Below the pieces are notes generated by a model, which worked only from the letters and a program-made list of their open reading frames with translations, did no database searches and had not been told where the DNA came from. Both the position numbers and the translations under genes were made by a program. From assembly GCA_964569055.1 (NCBI GenBank), contig CAZMSZ010000001.1, positions 1-59,460 on the forward strand: 59,460 nucleotides of DNA, given 5' to 3'. Each line of letters begins with the position of its first letter. Position 1 is the first letter of the stretch. Positions 42,901 to 52,786 of this stretch are shown here, one piece after another. This DNA comes from an uncultured Planctomycetota bacterium. GTDB lineage: Bacteria > Planctomycetota > J058.

Positions 42901-43500
42901 GAGCTCGAGCACGACCTCGAGCTCGAGGCGAGCGAGGTCAACGTGGTGCTCGACGTCCCGGCCTACATCCCCGGGGCCTACGTGGCCGACGCCGCGCTCA
43001 AGATCGAGTGCTACCGGCGCCTGGCCGAGGCGGAGCGCGAGCAGGACCTCGAGGAGCTGCGCGACGAGCTGCGCGACCGGTTCGGGCCGCCGCCCCACGT
43101 GCTCGACAACCTGTTCGCGCTGCGGCGGCTGCGGCTGCGGGCCGCCGCCCACGGGGTGGTCAAGGTCAGCCGCCAGGACCGGGTGCTCCAGCTCCGCTGC
43201 AAGGAGCGGGCGCGCCTCGAGGCGGCGATCCGCGGCTACCGCGAGGGGCTGCGCCCGATCGACGAGCACATGCTCTACGTGCGCATGCGCGACGCCGGCG
43301 CCTCGGACGAGCACCAGCTCTACTTCCTGCTCGACCTCCTGCGCCCCGCCGACGAGGCCGCGCCCACCGGGGCCGCGCGCCCGCTCGACCCCGAGGCGCT
43401 CCAGCGCGAGCGCCAGCGCCGCCTGCGCGCCAAGGAGGCGCGCAGCGCCCGCCGCCGCCAGGGCGGCCGCCGGCGCGGCGGCCGCGCATCTTCGCGCTGA
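39928..43500 (+). CDS. mfd: Transcription-repair coupling factor
   Basis: 1190 aa with a GTG start. Matching blocks: the CarD-like region EGTYVVHVSYGIAQFQG, the helicase motif I region DRVVCGDVGYGKTEIA, DEEQRFGV, the motif VI block QLRGRVGRS, and a TRCF C-terminal domain. Confidence 0.95.
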   Translation: MARKTAAPRPPAPAAPALSLAGELRELVRGLPAAGEVAAALRAGEAVAARGLPEGARAALIAGLARERPLLVIAPDQDGVRALAGDLEELGGDERPVIKNPPLDLFEEGGPSELEPGAAVGARLRVLRALAAAPAPVVLTSVSALLQRLPGPEAVGAGALVLAPGGELDPADLARRLVDRGYRRVALVEAPGEFAVRGGIFDLFPLGAERPVRVELFGDTIDSLRAFEPESQRSLGELPRLALSLLAVADYRRLARERGASLLDHLPADAALVLLEATRCRERLAQAAERFAGHEAELLSAAAIEAAWSARARLCVGASGEPATDGREVAFPCAPAALGALARGPEAVTDELARQVARGERLTVSCVNEAELERLAELCRDSGLAVDVGSALRRSPAPAGLTLVISSLPSGLRLPEHGVWLLPSSELFTRHVRSETTSPHRRAGRAAKSTAVESFADLEEGTYVVHVSYGIAQFQGIVRRERDGQPRDFLELLFDGGTLFIPTDRIGLVRRYVGPTSSPPKLSKLGGQGWRNKTKRAAEAVRDLAAELLEVQAERMVRPGFAFPPDGRAQRLFEESFEYTDTPDQSRVTGEVRADMVAPRAMDRVVCGDVGYGKTEIAIRAAFKCVSAGRQVAVLAPTTVLAHQHHRTFSERFAPYPYRVEVLSRFRTKAEQREVLKAAKAGGVDVVIGTHRLLSGDVEFRDLGLVVVDEEQRFGVADKERLKALRRTVDLLTLTATPIPRTLHMALSGARDISVLQTPPPGRSPVESKVVPFSEGLIRRAVERELARDGQVFLVHDRVRTIKRLADKVKELVPTARIGIVHGQLAEHEIEEVMLRFFQHELDVLVATSLIENGLDVRRANTLIVDRADRFGLAELHQLRGRVGRSSVHAYAYFLFDPHKLPSDVSRRRLRAIEEFSELGSGFQIAMRDLEIRGAGNVLGAQQSGHIVNVGYDLYCRLLRRAVAELTGELGQGGPRKPRKKKASGDLLAELELEHDLELEASEVNVVLDVPAYIPGAYVADAALKIECYRRLAEAEREQDLEELRDELRDRFGPPPHVLDNLFALRRLRLRAAAHGVVKVSRQDRVLQLRCKERARLEAAIRGYREGLRPIDEHMLYVRMRDAGASDEHQLYFLLDLLRPADEAAPTGAARPLDPEALQRERQRRLRAKEARSARRRQGGRRRGGRASSR

Positions 43501-43823
43501 GCGGGGGTCGGATCTCGCGGCGCAGGCGCCAAGGCTCCGCGCGCGGCGCCGCGGCTCCGCGCGGTTCACCCCACCCGGCCCGCGGTTCTTCGCGGTCGCG
43601 CGCCAGCGCGCGTCGAGCGAATTCGGGCGGGTCCACGCACCCCCGAGCAGGTTCCCCCGCCGACGGGCCGCGCGCGACTCGACCGCGGCGCCATCTGCCA
43701 GGGAGCGGGCAGCGCGCGGCGCCGCGGGCGGGTCAGAACGCGCGCGACGAGGCGCGGGACGCACCCGGCACGGCGCCTGCTCTCCCGTGGGGTTGCATCG
43801 CCTCGTGCCCGGTCAGGAGACCC

Positions 43824-44255
43824 ATGATCTACGTCCTCCACGAGACCCCCCTGGTCCGAGACGCGATCCGCGCCGCGCTCCAGGAGCTCGGCCCGGTGCG
43901 CGCCACCGGCCTGTGGAGCGAGATCGCCGGCGACCTGATCAGCGGCTCGAGCCGCGATGACGTGCTCGTGACCGACCTCAAGCTGCGCGCGATCTCGGGC
44001 ACCCAGCTCGTCGAGATCCTCCGCCGCTACAACCCCGCCCTCCGCATCGTCCTCTGCACCCCCCGCCCCGACGATGCCCCCCCCGGGATCGCCGACGTGA
44101 TCGTGCGCGAGCAGCGCGGCTACGAACGCCTCAAGGCCGAGGTCCGCAAGCTGGCCCCCTCGCTGATCAAGGCCAAGAGCTCGGGTCGCCTGCGCGTGGT
44201 GGAGCTCCTGCGCGACGACGGCAAGGCGAGCGACAGCAAGGTGCTCTCGACGTGA
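43824..44255 (+). CDS. Stand-alone receiver-like domain protein (atypical)
   Basis: ATG at 43824 in ORF 40869..44255. Shows a receiver-like pattern (VLVTDLKL...GTQLVEILRR...RIVLCTP), but HET replaces the usual N-terminal acidic pair. Confidence 0.55.
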   Translation: MIYVLHETPLVRDAIRAALQELGPVRATGLWSEIAGDLISGSSRDDVLVTDLKLRAISGTQLVEILRRYNPALRIVLCTPRPDDAPPGIADVIVREQRGYERLKAEVRKLAPSLIKAKSSGRLRVVELLRDDGKASDSKVLST

Positions 44256-44387
44256 TCCTGCGGCCGTAGGGGCCAGACGCGTGGAGGCGTCGTGGGGTCG
44301 ACTCCCTGGAGTCGCTCGTCCCAGGCCGCCTGCATCGCCTCGGCGCGCCAGCGCTGCTCTTGATCGATCCCGCCCCGACCGGGCGAG

Positions 44388-45002
44388 CTACCCGATCAGG
44401 CCGCCATACAACCGTAGGAACAGGTCGAAGAGCGGAGCGATCGTCCTCTCCCGGAAGAACGTGTTGAGGGCCTCGTTGTACTCCTCTTTGACCGCCTCGA
44501 TCGGGATCGGCTGGAGACCCGCTTTGACCAGCAGCACCCCGAGCAACGCCCGGCTGGTCCGTCCGTTGCCGTCCTCGAATGGGTGGATCTGGATCACGCG
44601 TGCGTGAGCCCACACGCTGATATGGATCGCGCTCGCGTCGTAGTCGGGATCGTCCTGGTTGGCCTCGAGCGAGCGCATCGAAGCAGCCAAGTCCCTGAAC
44701 AGCGCCTCGAGGAGCGCCTCGACCTCGCCGCGAGAGGCCGACCGGTTTGGACCGAAGGACAGGCGCTCGCTACCGAAGATCGCGCTCCGGTGCCTGCCAG
44801 CGTGCTCACGCACGCCTTCGAAGAGGCGGCGGTGCAGATCGCAGAGCAGGCTCCTCGAGGGCTCGCGAGCGGAGAGCTCGCCAGCATGGATCGACGCGAT
44901 CAGCTTCGCAAGGTTATCGGTGAGACGACGATTCTCCGCCTCCGTGTACGTGCGGAGGGGATCGTCGTCAGGAAACGAGATCCTCGGCTCGCCTACAGCC
45001 AA
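44388..45002 (-). CDS. fic: Fic family protein (AMPylase-type toxin)
   Basis: Canonical Fic motif HPFEDGNGRTSRALL (HxFx[D/E]GNGRxxR). The TTG start overlaps the upstream gene by 10 nt. GC3 is lower than in neighbouring genes. Confidence 0.9.
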   Translation of the reverse strand: MAVGEPRISFPDDDPLRTYTEAENRRLTDNLAKLIASIHAGELSAREPSRSLLCDLHRRLFEGVREHAGRHRSAIFGSERLSFGPNRSASRGEVEALLEALFRDLAASMRSLEANQDDPDYDASAIHISVWAHARVIQIHPFEDGNGRTSRALLGVLLVKAGLQPIPIEAVKEEYNEALNTFFRERTIAPLFDLFLRLYGGLIG

Positions 45003-45856
45003 GGCCGGGCGTCGACGCCTTCTATCCGCTGGCTCGCGATCACGTCACGTCTTGCCAGCTCGGGCGAGGGCGCAGGCTGGCCGCCACGCCGGCGTCGATC
45101 AGCGCGTATGCGCCTCAAGATGGCGGTCCGCTCCTCGTCAGCGAGTTTCACGACGGCCGGCGTGCGCCGGTACCCGTGCTCCTCGAGGAACGCTACGCAG
45201 TCGGGTACCGATAGCCCGAGAGCAGCGGCGGCTTCGCCCAGGGTCGCGTCACCGGTCGTATAGGCGCGTCCCACGATCTTCTCGAGGGCTCGGAGCTTCG
45301 AATCGTGACGGCGGAGGAAGGCGATCAGAGCGTCGAACGCGACCCGGCACCGGTGGGCGAGCTCGTCCCGGCCCGAGGCACGCGCGAGCATGACGATCGC
45401 GTCGATCGGACAAACTCGCACGGTCGAGTCCACGCTGCGCAGCATGACCGGGAGGAGCTGCTCGAAGGCCTCGCAGGCACCCTCATGACTGATGTGCCCC
45501 GAGTGGGCAACGCCACTCACGGCGCGCCAGCTCTCGGCGAGCAGGGCGAGCGGATCCCAGCCCGTCACCTCGTGGGCTTTGGCTGCGATCTCCTTCACTC
45601 GACGCGCGATCTCGTCTCCGCGCAAGATTCCAAGCTCTGCGGCGGCCTCAGCGAACACACAAAGCGCGAGGTTCAGCTCGAGGATCTGCGCGGACACGAG
45701 CGGGAGATCGAACGGAGCTCGCCTCGTGCGCCGTGTGGGTAGCGAGATCCTCACGTACTCGGCTCGGAGCCGTCCCTCCGACTCCGCCAGCGCCTCGAGC
45801 GTCTGCCTCGGCTCGAGCAGGAACCTAGCCAGATCGGGCACGTCTCGCTCCCTCAC
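44993..45856 (-). CDS. Composite Fic antitoxin: unknown N-domain, UPF0175-like HTH and VbhA-like inhibitory helix
   Basis: The C-terminal IASQRIEGV fits the [S/T]xxxE[G/N] alpha-inh motif of class I Fic antitoxins. TLGEAAAALGLSVPDCVAFLEEHGY resembles UPF0175. The ORF extends to 45961 (TTG), but GC3 only becomes coding-like from the GTG at 45856. Confidence 0.6.
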   Translation of the reverse strand: MRERDVPDLARFLLEPRQTLEALAESEGRLRAEYVRISLPTRRTRRAPFDLPLVSAQILELNLALCVFAEAAAELGILRGDEIARRVKEIAAKAHEVTGWDPLALLAESWRAVSGVAHSGHISHEGACEAFEQLLPVMLRSVDSTVRVCPIDAIVMLARASGRDELAHRCRVAFDALIAFLRRHDSKLRALEKIVGRAYTTGDATLGEAAAALGLSVPDCVAFLEEHGYRRTPAVVKLADEERTAILRRIRADRRRRGGQPAPSPELARRDVIASQRIEGVDARPWL

Positions 45857-46250
45857 GCCGCCATCGTCGCCTCGGGAGGTTATCAGGACAGCGTGAGGAC
45901 GGCCAGCAGAACGTGCTGTGCGCCAAGCGCTTAGCCACTGCGTAACACGATGCGATCGCAAGGGTTGCGCATCGAAGCGGGCGACGATCGAGACCGGTTT
46001 GCGGCGAGCCGTCCTGCTCGTCGCGCTCGCTCAGAAGCGGCGCAGCCGGTCGACCGCCTCTCGGCTCGGCCGAGGAGGCGCTGAACCCGTCCTCTGTGGC
46101 GCGGCGGCGCCGGCCGGCGCCTCCGGTGCGACTGCTGCTAGGCGCGCCTCGAGCCCGAGGCCTACGCCAGGGAGGCCCGGTTGCACCGCGCCGCGTGAGG
46201 CGGTACAAGGGCGAGCGCCGCGGCGAGGGCGCCGCCGCAAGGGGACCGCC

Positions 46251-46769
46251 GTGCTGAACTGCCCGAAGTGCCAGAACATCCTGACCACGATCGACTACGA
46301 GGGGATCGAGGTCGAGACCTGCACCGAGTGCAAGGGCGAGTGGCTCGACGCGAAGGAGCTCGGCCACGTGGTCAAGGTCCGCGAGGAGCGCTTCGACGAG
46401 CAGGCCCGGCGCGCGATCGCGGAGTCGACCACGGTCCAGGGCGTCAAGCTGGCCGGGGTCGATCGCGGCCTGAAGTGCCCCAAGTGCGGCGGCACGACCG
46501 AGGCGATCAACTACGGCGGCGACACCGGCATCATCATCGACCGCTGCGCGGGCTGCGGCGGCTTCTGGCTCGACGACACCGAGCTCGAGAAGGTCCAGAT
46601 GCTCGTGGAGGGCTGGAACGATCAGCTCCCCGCCGATCTCGCCAAGTACGGGCCGCAGCTCAAGGACCTCGACCACGGGCCGATCGAGATCGTGAAGTTC
46701 AAGCGCATGCCCGGAATGGGCCGCTTCCTCAACGCGCTCGTCAACGGGATCATCGACCTGAAGGTCTGA
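46251..46769 (+). CDS. Twin TFIIB-type zinc-ribbon protein
   Basis: GTG at 46251 in ORF 45918..46769. Two modules are present: CPKCQN...CTECKGEWLDAKEL and CPKCGG...CAGCGGFWLDDTELEKV. Confidence 0.7.
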   Translation: MLNCPKCQNILTTIDYEGIEVETCTECKGEWLDAKELGHVVKVREERFDEQARRAIAESTTVQGVKLAGVDRGLKCPKCGGTTEAINYGGDTGIIIDRCAGCGGFWLDDTELEKVQMLVEGWNDQLPADLAKYGPQLKDLDHGPIEIVKFKRMPGMGRFLNALVNGIIDLKV

Positions 46770-46886
46770 GAACGCCGGCTCCCGGCGCGCGCCGCGCCAG
46801 GAGGGGTCGGCGCCGGGGGCTCGGTCTTGCCCGCGTTCCGTGGAACGACCGTCGCGCTCGGATCACGATCGGGCGCGAGGGTGGCC

Positions 46887-47438
46887 ATGGAACCTGGTGG
46901 CGAGGGCGCGCGCGATCGGCGCGCAGCGCGCCAGCGATGGGCGGGACGGATCGTGCTCGCGGCGTTCGTGAGCGCGGTGACGTTCCTCAGCGTGCCGAGC
47001 CTGATCGACGCGCGCTGGCACGACCCCAGCCCGGTCGGGATCGGGCTGCTGAGGACGCTGCACACCGCGCAGCAGCGGGCCAGCGAGGGGGACGTCGATC
47101 GGAACGGCGAGCTCGACTTCGTCTCGTTGGCGGCGCTGGGCAGGGCTGGCTTGGTGGACGAGCGCTTCGCGAGCGGGCTCACGCAGGGCATGCGCCTCGA
47201 CGTGTGGATCAGCGAGGACGGCCTGCGGTGGTTCGGCGCCGCGACCGCCGTCGAGCCTCACGTCTATCCCTGGCCCTGGCGGCTGTGGTGGGACGAGGAG
47301 CACGGCGGGATCTACGACTACCTGGGGATCGACGGGAAGGGGCGGGTCTACTACCGGGTGGACCGCCCCTTCACCCGCGAGGAGCTGAGCGCCGAGTGGG
47401 GCCCGCCTGCGGACGCGCGGCCGCTCGCGTCGCGCTGA
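46887..47438 (+). CDS. Hypothetical membrane-anchored protein
   Basis: ATG at 46887 in ORF 46827..47438. Has a single N-terminal hydrophobic helix (RIVLAAFVSAVTFLSVPSLI). No recognisable domain. Confidence 0.45.
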   Translation: MEPGGEGARDRRAARQRWAGRIVLAAFVSAVTFLSVPSLIDARWHDPSPVGIGLLRTLHTAQQRASEGDVDRNGELDFVSLAALGRAGLVDERFASGLTQGMRLDVWISEDGLRWFGAATAVEPHVYPWPWRLWWDEEHGGIYDYLGIDGKGRVYYRVDRPFTREELSAEWGPPADARPLASR

Positions 47439-47480
47439 GCCCGCGGGACTCGTGGGATCAGCGATCGGTGAGGTCGGGAG

Positions 47481-47666
47481 CTACTCGCGCCCGCGCTCCT
47501 GCCAGGCCTGGCGCAGCCGGTCGATCAGGCCGCGCAGTCGCGCGACGAAACGTTGGGTGACGCGCTCGGGAGCGGTCAGCCCGCCCGCGCGGACCGACTC
47601 GCCGAGGGGGCTGCCTTCGCGGACGGCGTGCTCGGCCTTGAGGACGGCCTGCTCGGGGCCGAGCAT
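47481..47666 (-). CDS. Small hypothetical protein (61 aa)
   Basis: ATG start with very high GC3 throughout (CTC GGC CCC GAG CAG GCC GTC ...), which fits real coding sequence. No known motif. Confidence 0.4.
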   Translation of the reverse strand: MLGPEQAVLKAEHAVREGSPLGESVRAGGLTAPERVTQRFVARLRGLIDRLRQAWQERGRE

Positions 47667-47722
47667 GGGGGACCCGCGCGCCGGCGCGACCCGGCGGGTG
47701 CGGGGCGGCGGGCGGAGACCTC

Positions 47723-49273
47723 ATGCGGACGAGCCTCGGGCTGTTGCTGCTGCTGAGCGTGACGGGCTGTCCGGGCAGCGGGTCCGGTTCGGCGGGCGCC
47801 GCCGCGGTGCCCTCGGCCGAGGCCTGGACCGCCGAGCACTCGGGGCGGGTCGCCGCGGCCTGCGCGCGCTGCCACGTGCCCCCGCCCCCCGACGCCCTGC
47901 CCCGCGCGCGCTGGGCGGCCGAGGTCGCGAAGATGGCCGCCATGCCGGGGCCCAAGGGCGCGACGCCGCTCACCGCCGAGGAGCTGGCCCTCGCGACGGC
48001 CTACTACGTGCGGCGCGCGCCCGAGGCGCTCCCCACCACGCCCGCGGCGCCGCCCGAGACCCGGCTGAAGCTCCGGGTGGAGGGGTTCACGCCCAAGAGC
48101 CAGGCCTTCGCCGGGCGGGCGCCCGCCACCGCCAACGTGGCCTTCGTGCACCTCTCCGACCGGCGCCGCGCCGACCTGCTCGTGGCGGAGCTGCGCTCGA
48201 GCGCGCTGTTCCTCCTCCCCGCCTGGGCGCCGCCCGAGCAGCGCGCCATGCGCCACCTCGCCAAGGACCTGACCCAGCCCGCGCACGTCGAGCTGGGCGA
48301 CGTCGACGGCGACGGGCTCCCCGACCTTTTGATCGCCGCGCTCGGCGCCATGAACCCGGGCAACGAGCCCACCGGCGCGGTCCACCTGCTGCGCCAGCAG
48401 CGCTCGCGGCGGTTCGCGCCGGCGCGTCTGCTGACCGGGGTCGGGCGCGCCTCGGACGCGCGCGCCGCCGACCTCGACGGCGACGGCGACCGGGACGTGG
48501 TGGTCGCCGCCTTCGGCTGGCGCGGGCCCGGCGGGCTGCACCTGCTGGAGCGGACCGGGGCGGGCGAGCCGCTCGCGTTCCGCCGGCGCGACCTCGACGA
48601 CCGCGACGGGTTCTTGCACGTGGAGCCGGTCGACCTCGACGGCGACGGCCGGCTCGACCTCGTGGCGCTCCTCGCGCAGGAGCACGAGCAGGTGCTCGCG
48701 TTCATGAACCGCGGCGAGCTGCGGTTCGAGCCGCGCGTGCTGTTCCAGGCGCCGCACCCGGCCTGGGGCGCGTCGGGGCTCGAGGTGACCGACCTCGACG
48801 GCGACGGCGACCCCGACGTGCTCCTCTCCAACGGCGACACGCTCGACGACGACCTGCTCAAGCCATACCACGGCGTCTCGTGGCTCGAGAACCAGGGCGA
48901 GCTGAGCTTCGCGCACCGCCCGATCGGGCCGCTCCACGGCTGCGAGCGCGCGGTCGCGGGCGACCTCGACGGCGACGGCGACCTCGACGTGGTGGCGGTC
49001 GCGTTCCTCCCCCAGGTCCCGCCCGAGACCTGGCGCGAGCGCGACCTCGACTCGGTGGTCTGGTTCGAGCGCACCGCCGACGGCTGGGAGCGCCGCTCCC
49101 TCGAGCGCCACCGCTGCATTCACCCCACCGTCGCGGTCGCCGACTACGACGCCGACGGCGACCTCGACGTGGCGGTCGGCAACTTCGTGTGGATGGTCGA
49201 GGACGGCCGGCCCTCGGTGCAGGCCGACCTCGTCACGCTGTTCACGCAGGAGCGCGCGCCTGCGGGCGACTGA
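47723..49273 (+). CDS. FG-GAP/VCBS-repeat lipoprotein with an N-terminal CxxCH motif
   Basis: MRTSLGLLLLLSVTGC gives a lipobox. CARCH is present near the N-terminus. Six or more DxDGDGxxD(L/V)(V/L) repeats occur (DVDGDGLPDLLIAA, DLDGDGDRDVVVAAFG, and others). Confidence 0.8.
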   Translation: MRTSLGLLLLLSVTGCPGSGSGSAGAAAVPSAEAWTAEHSGRVAAACARCHVPPPPDALPRARWAAEVAKMAAMPGPKGATPLTAEELALATAYYVRRAPEALPTTPAAPPETRLKLRVEGFTPKSQAFAGRAPATANVAFVHLSDRRRADLLVAELRSSALFLLPAWAPPEQRAMRHLAKDLTQPAHVELGDVDGDGLPDLLIAALGAMNPGNEPTGAVHLLRQQRSRRFAPARLLTGVGRASDARAADLDGDGDRDVVVAAFGWRGPGGLHLLERTGAGEPLAFRRRDLDDRDGFLHVEPVDLDGDGRLDLVALLAQEHEQVLAFMNRGELRFEPRVLFQAPHPAWGASGLEVTDLDGDGDPDVLLSNGDTLDDDLLKPYHGVSWLENQGELSFAHRPIGPLHGCERAVAGDLDGDGDLDVVAVAFLPQVPPETWRERDLDSVVWFERTADGWERRSLERHRCIHPTVAVADYDADGDLDVAVGNFVWMVEDGRPSVQADLVTLFTQERAPAGD

Positions 49274-49431
49274 GCCGCAGCCTGACGGCGCCAATGACGC
49301 AGCGCGCAGCGCCTGCGAGTCACGCCACGCGTGACACTCCGTGACCGACGTTTGACGCCAGGGACTTGGCTTGTGACGGGTTAGACCGTCCGCGCGAGGC
49401 CAGACTGGTCCCTGTTCGGAGGGACTGCCCA

Positions 49432-50379
<948 letters not shown>

Positions 50380-50385
50380 GCGCGC

Positions 50386-51003
50386 TCACCCCTGGGTCAT
50401 GGCCTGGAGCAACGCCGCCCGGGCGAACACGGCGAGCACCCCCAGCGCGCTCAAGGCGGCGCCGCCCAGCAGCCCGTGAGTGCGGCGGCGCGAGCGGTCC
50501 GCCAGCAGCTCGGGCGGGACGGTCCGCTCCCAGGCGCGCCGACAGCCGAGGCACTTGAACTCCAGGAACAGCGCGTTCATGACCATGCCGATCCCGCTGA
50601 CGGCCGCGGCGAACGCGAGCGCGCCCAGGCACCCGGCCAGCACGCCGGCCACGACCACCAGCCCGCCGCTCAGCAACCCCGCCGCCCCGCGCTGTCCCTC
50701 GAGCGGCTCGTAGACCATGGCCTCGGTCCCGCCGCACCGGGGGCAGGCGTCGGAATCGAGGCGCCCGCTCCCCACGCCCAGCCGAGCGGTGGTCCGCCGC
50801 GGGGGCTCGTCCTCCCGAGCAGGTGCGGGCGTCGCGCCCTCGTCCGGCGCCCGCCGTGAGATCAGCCGCCCCGAGGCCGGGCGCGCCTCGGGGCTCGCGA
50901 CCGCGCCCGCGAGGGAGGTCCCGCAGGAGAGGCAGCGTCCCTGGCGCGGCGCGACCGGGTAGGTCCGTGCGCACTCGGGACAGTCGATCGGCCCTTCGCT
51001 CAT
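50386..51003 (-). CDS. Zinc-ribbon membrane protein
   Basis: MSEGPIDCPECA...CLSCG and CPRCGG...CLGCRR give two CxxC pairs each. Two hydrophobic helices are also present. Confidence 0.5.
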   Translation of the reverse strand: MSEGPIDCPECARTYPVAPRQGRCLSCGTSLAGAVASPEARPASGRLISRRAPDEGATPAPAREDEPPRRTTARLGVGSGRLDSDACPRCGGTEAMVYEPLEGQRGAAGLLSGGLVVVAGVLAGCLGALAFAAAVSGIGMVMNALFLEFKCLGCRRAWERTVPPELLADRSRRRTHGLLGGAALSALGVLAVFARAALLQAMTQG

Positions 51004-51373
51004 GGCGCCCACCCCCGCTCGTGCTCACCATGGCGCGTCGACCGCCCGTGTGCAACGCGAGGCAAGTTGGTGTCGCGAGGATCCGATCGCCGCGCTGAGG
51101 AGGCGCCCCCCTCGTCCTGCCCTGAGGCTGCCGGATGGCGGGTCGTGCGCGAGCAGCGGCGGTGCCCGCGGTCGCGCCGGGCATCGCGCCGGCGGCGCTG
51201 GCCGGCACCAAGGAGCGCGCGCGCCTCCGTTCGACCGCTCGAGGTCGACAGCGCGCCGGCGTTTTGCGACCCTCCACCCGTCCTACGACCGAGGGTGCGG
51301 CGCGCGACGCGCCGCAGGAACGAGGGGTGGTCGGGCCGCCTCCCTGGCCGGCGTAGAGCCGGCAGGAGAGCGC

Positions 51374-52744
51374 ATGTCGACTGCCCAGCTGCCGGACGCC
51401 GGCCCGAGCCTCCCGAACACGCCGCCCGAGGCCTGGGATCCGTTGCTGCGCCTCGTGCGGAATGTGGGCGCGCCGCTCGAGCGCTTCTTGCGCCTGGAGG
51501 CCGCCAGCGGCCTGTTGCTGCTCCTCGCTGCGGCCGCGGCGATCGTATGGGCCAACTCGCCCTGGGCCGAGAGCTACGCGGGCCTGTGGCACACCCCCCT
51601 GGGCGTCCGCGTGGGCGGGTTCGCCTTCGAGCGCACGCTCGAGTGGCTGGTGAACGACGTCTTGATGGTGATCTTCTTCTTCCTCGTCGGGCTGGAGATC
51701 CGCCGGGAGCTCCACGACGGCGAGCTGTGCGAGTGGCGCCGGGCGGCGCTCCCCACGGCCGCGGCCCTGGGCGGCATGATCGCCCCGGCGGCGCTCTACC
51801 TCCTCTTGGCCGGCGCGCCCGAGACTCGGGCGGGCTGGGGCATCCCCATGGCCACCGACATCGCCTTCGCCCTGGGGGTCCTCACGCTGCTCGGCCCGCG
51901 CGTCCCCGCCGCGCTGCGCGTCCTGCTGCTCGCGCTCGCGGTGATCGACGACCTCGGCGCGATCGCGGTGATCGCCCTGTTCTACGGCTCGGGCCTCGAG
52001 CCCTCGGGGTTCTTGGTCGCGGCGCTCGGGCTCGGCGGGGTGTTCCTGTGGCAGCGCCTGGGCGTCCGCGCCAAGCTCGCCTACGTGATCCCGGGGGCCG
52101 CCGTGTGGGCGGGCGTCTCCGCGGCCGGGGTGCATCCCTCCATCGCGGGCGTGGTGATCGGCCTGGCGACCCCGGTCCGCGCTTGGTTTGGGCCCGACGG
52201 GTTCGTGGTCGGCGTCCGGGTCGAGCTGGAGCGGCTGGCCCGGGCCGGCGCGCCCCCCTCGCACGAGCTGGCCGCGTCGCTGCGGCACGTCGAGCTCGCC
52301 CGACGCGAGGCGAGATCGCCCGCCGAGGGCCTGATCGAGCGCCTCCACCCCTGGGTCGCCTTCGGGATCATGCCGCTGTTCGCGCTCGCGAACGCCGGCG
52401 TCTCGACCTCGGGCGGCGGGCTGGAGGGCGGGTCGTGGGTCGTCGCGACCTCGGTCGCGGCGGCGCTGCTCGTGGGGAAGGCGCTCGGCGTCGTCCTCGC
52501 GAGCTGGCTCGTCCTGCGCCTGGGCCTGGGCGCCCTCCCACCGGGGGTGACCTCCCGTCAGCTCGTGGTGCTCGGCGCGGTGGCGGGCGTGGGTTTCACC
52601 ATGTCGCTGTTCATGGCGCAGCTCGCGTTCGGCGACGCGCGGCTGCTCGCGGCGGCGAAGCTTGGCGTCCTGGCCGGCAGCGCCAGCGCGGCCGCGCTCG
52701 CGCTCGTGCTCGGGCGGCTGCTGCTCGCGCCGACCGCGGAGTGA
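51374..52744 (+). CDS. nhaA: Na+/H+ antiporter NhaA
   Basis: ATG at 51374 in ORF 51002..52744. NhaA blocks: LERFLRLEAASGLLLL, WVNDVLMVIFFFLVGLEIRRE, GWGIPMATDIAFALGVL, LLALAVIDDLGAI. Confidence 0.9.
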   Translation: MSTAQLPDAGPSLPNTPPEAWDPLLRLVRNVGAPLERFLRLEAASGLLLLLAAAAAIVWANSPWAESYAGLWHTPLGVRVGGFAFERTLEWLVNDVLMVIFFFLVGLEIRRELHDGELCEWRRAALPTAAALGGMIAPAALYLLLAGAPETRAGWGIPMATDIAFALGVLTLLGPRVPAALRVLLLALAVIDDLGAIAVIALFYGSGLEPSGFLVAALGLGGVFLWQRLGVRAKLAYVIPGAAVWAGVSAAGVHPSIAGVVIGLATPVRAWFGPDGFVVGVRVELERLARAGAPPSHELAASLRHVELARREARSPAEGLIERLHPWVAFGIMPLFALANAGVSTSGGGLEGGSWVVATSVAAALLVGKALGVVLASWLVLRLGLGALPPGVTSRQLVVLGAVAGVGFTMSLFMAQLAFGDARLLAAAKLGVLAGSASAAALALVLGRLLLAPTAE

Positions 52745-52786
52745 CGCGCTCGGCGCGGGATGGGCGCGCGAGCCCGCGCTCGCGCC

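Noticed and set aside
39496-43764. 1422-aa ORF on the minus strand
   Set aside because: It is exactly antisense to mfd, whose plus-strand product has unmistakable TRCF/helicase motifs. The minus-strand product is Arg/Gly/Ala/Pro-rich with no motif. This is a typical shadow ORF of a very GC-rich gene.
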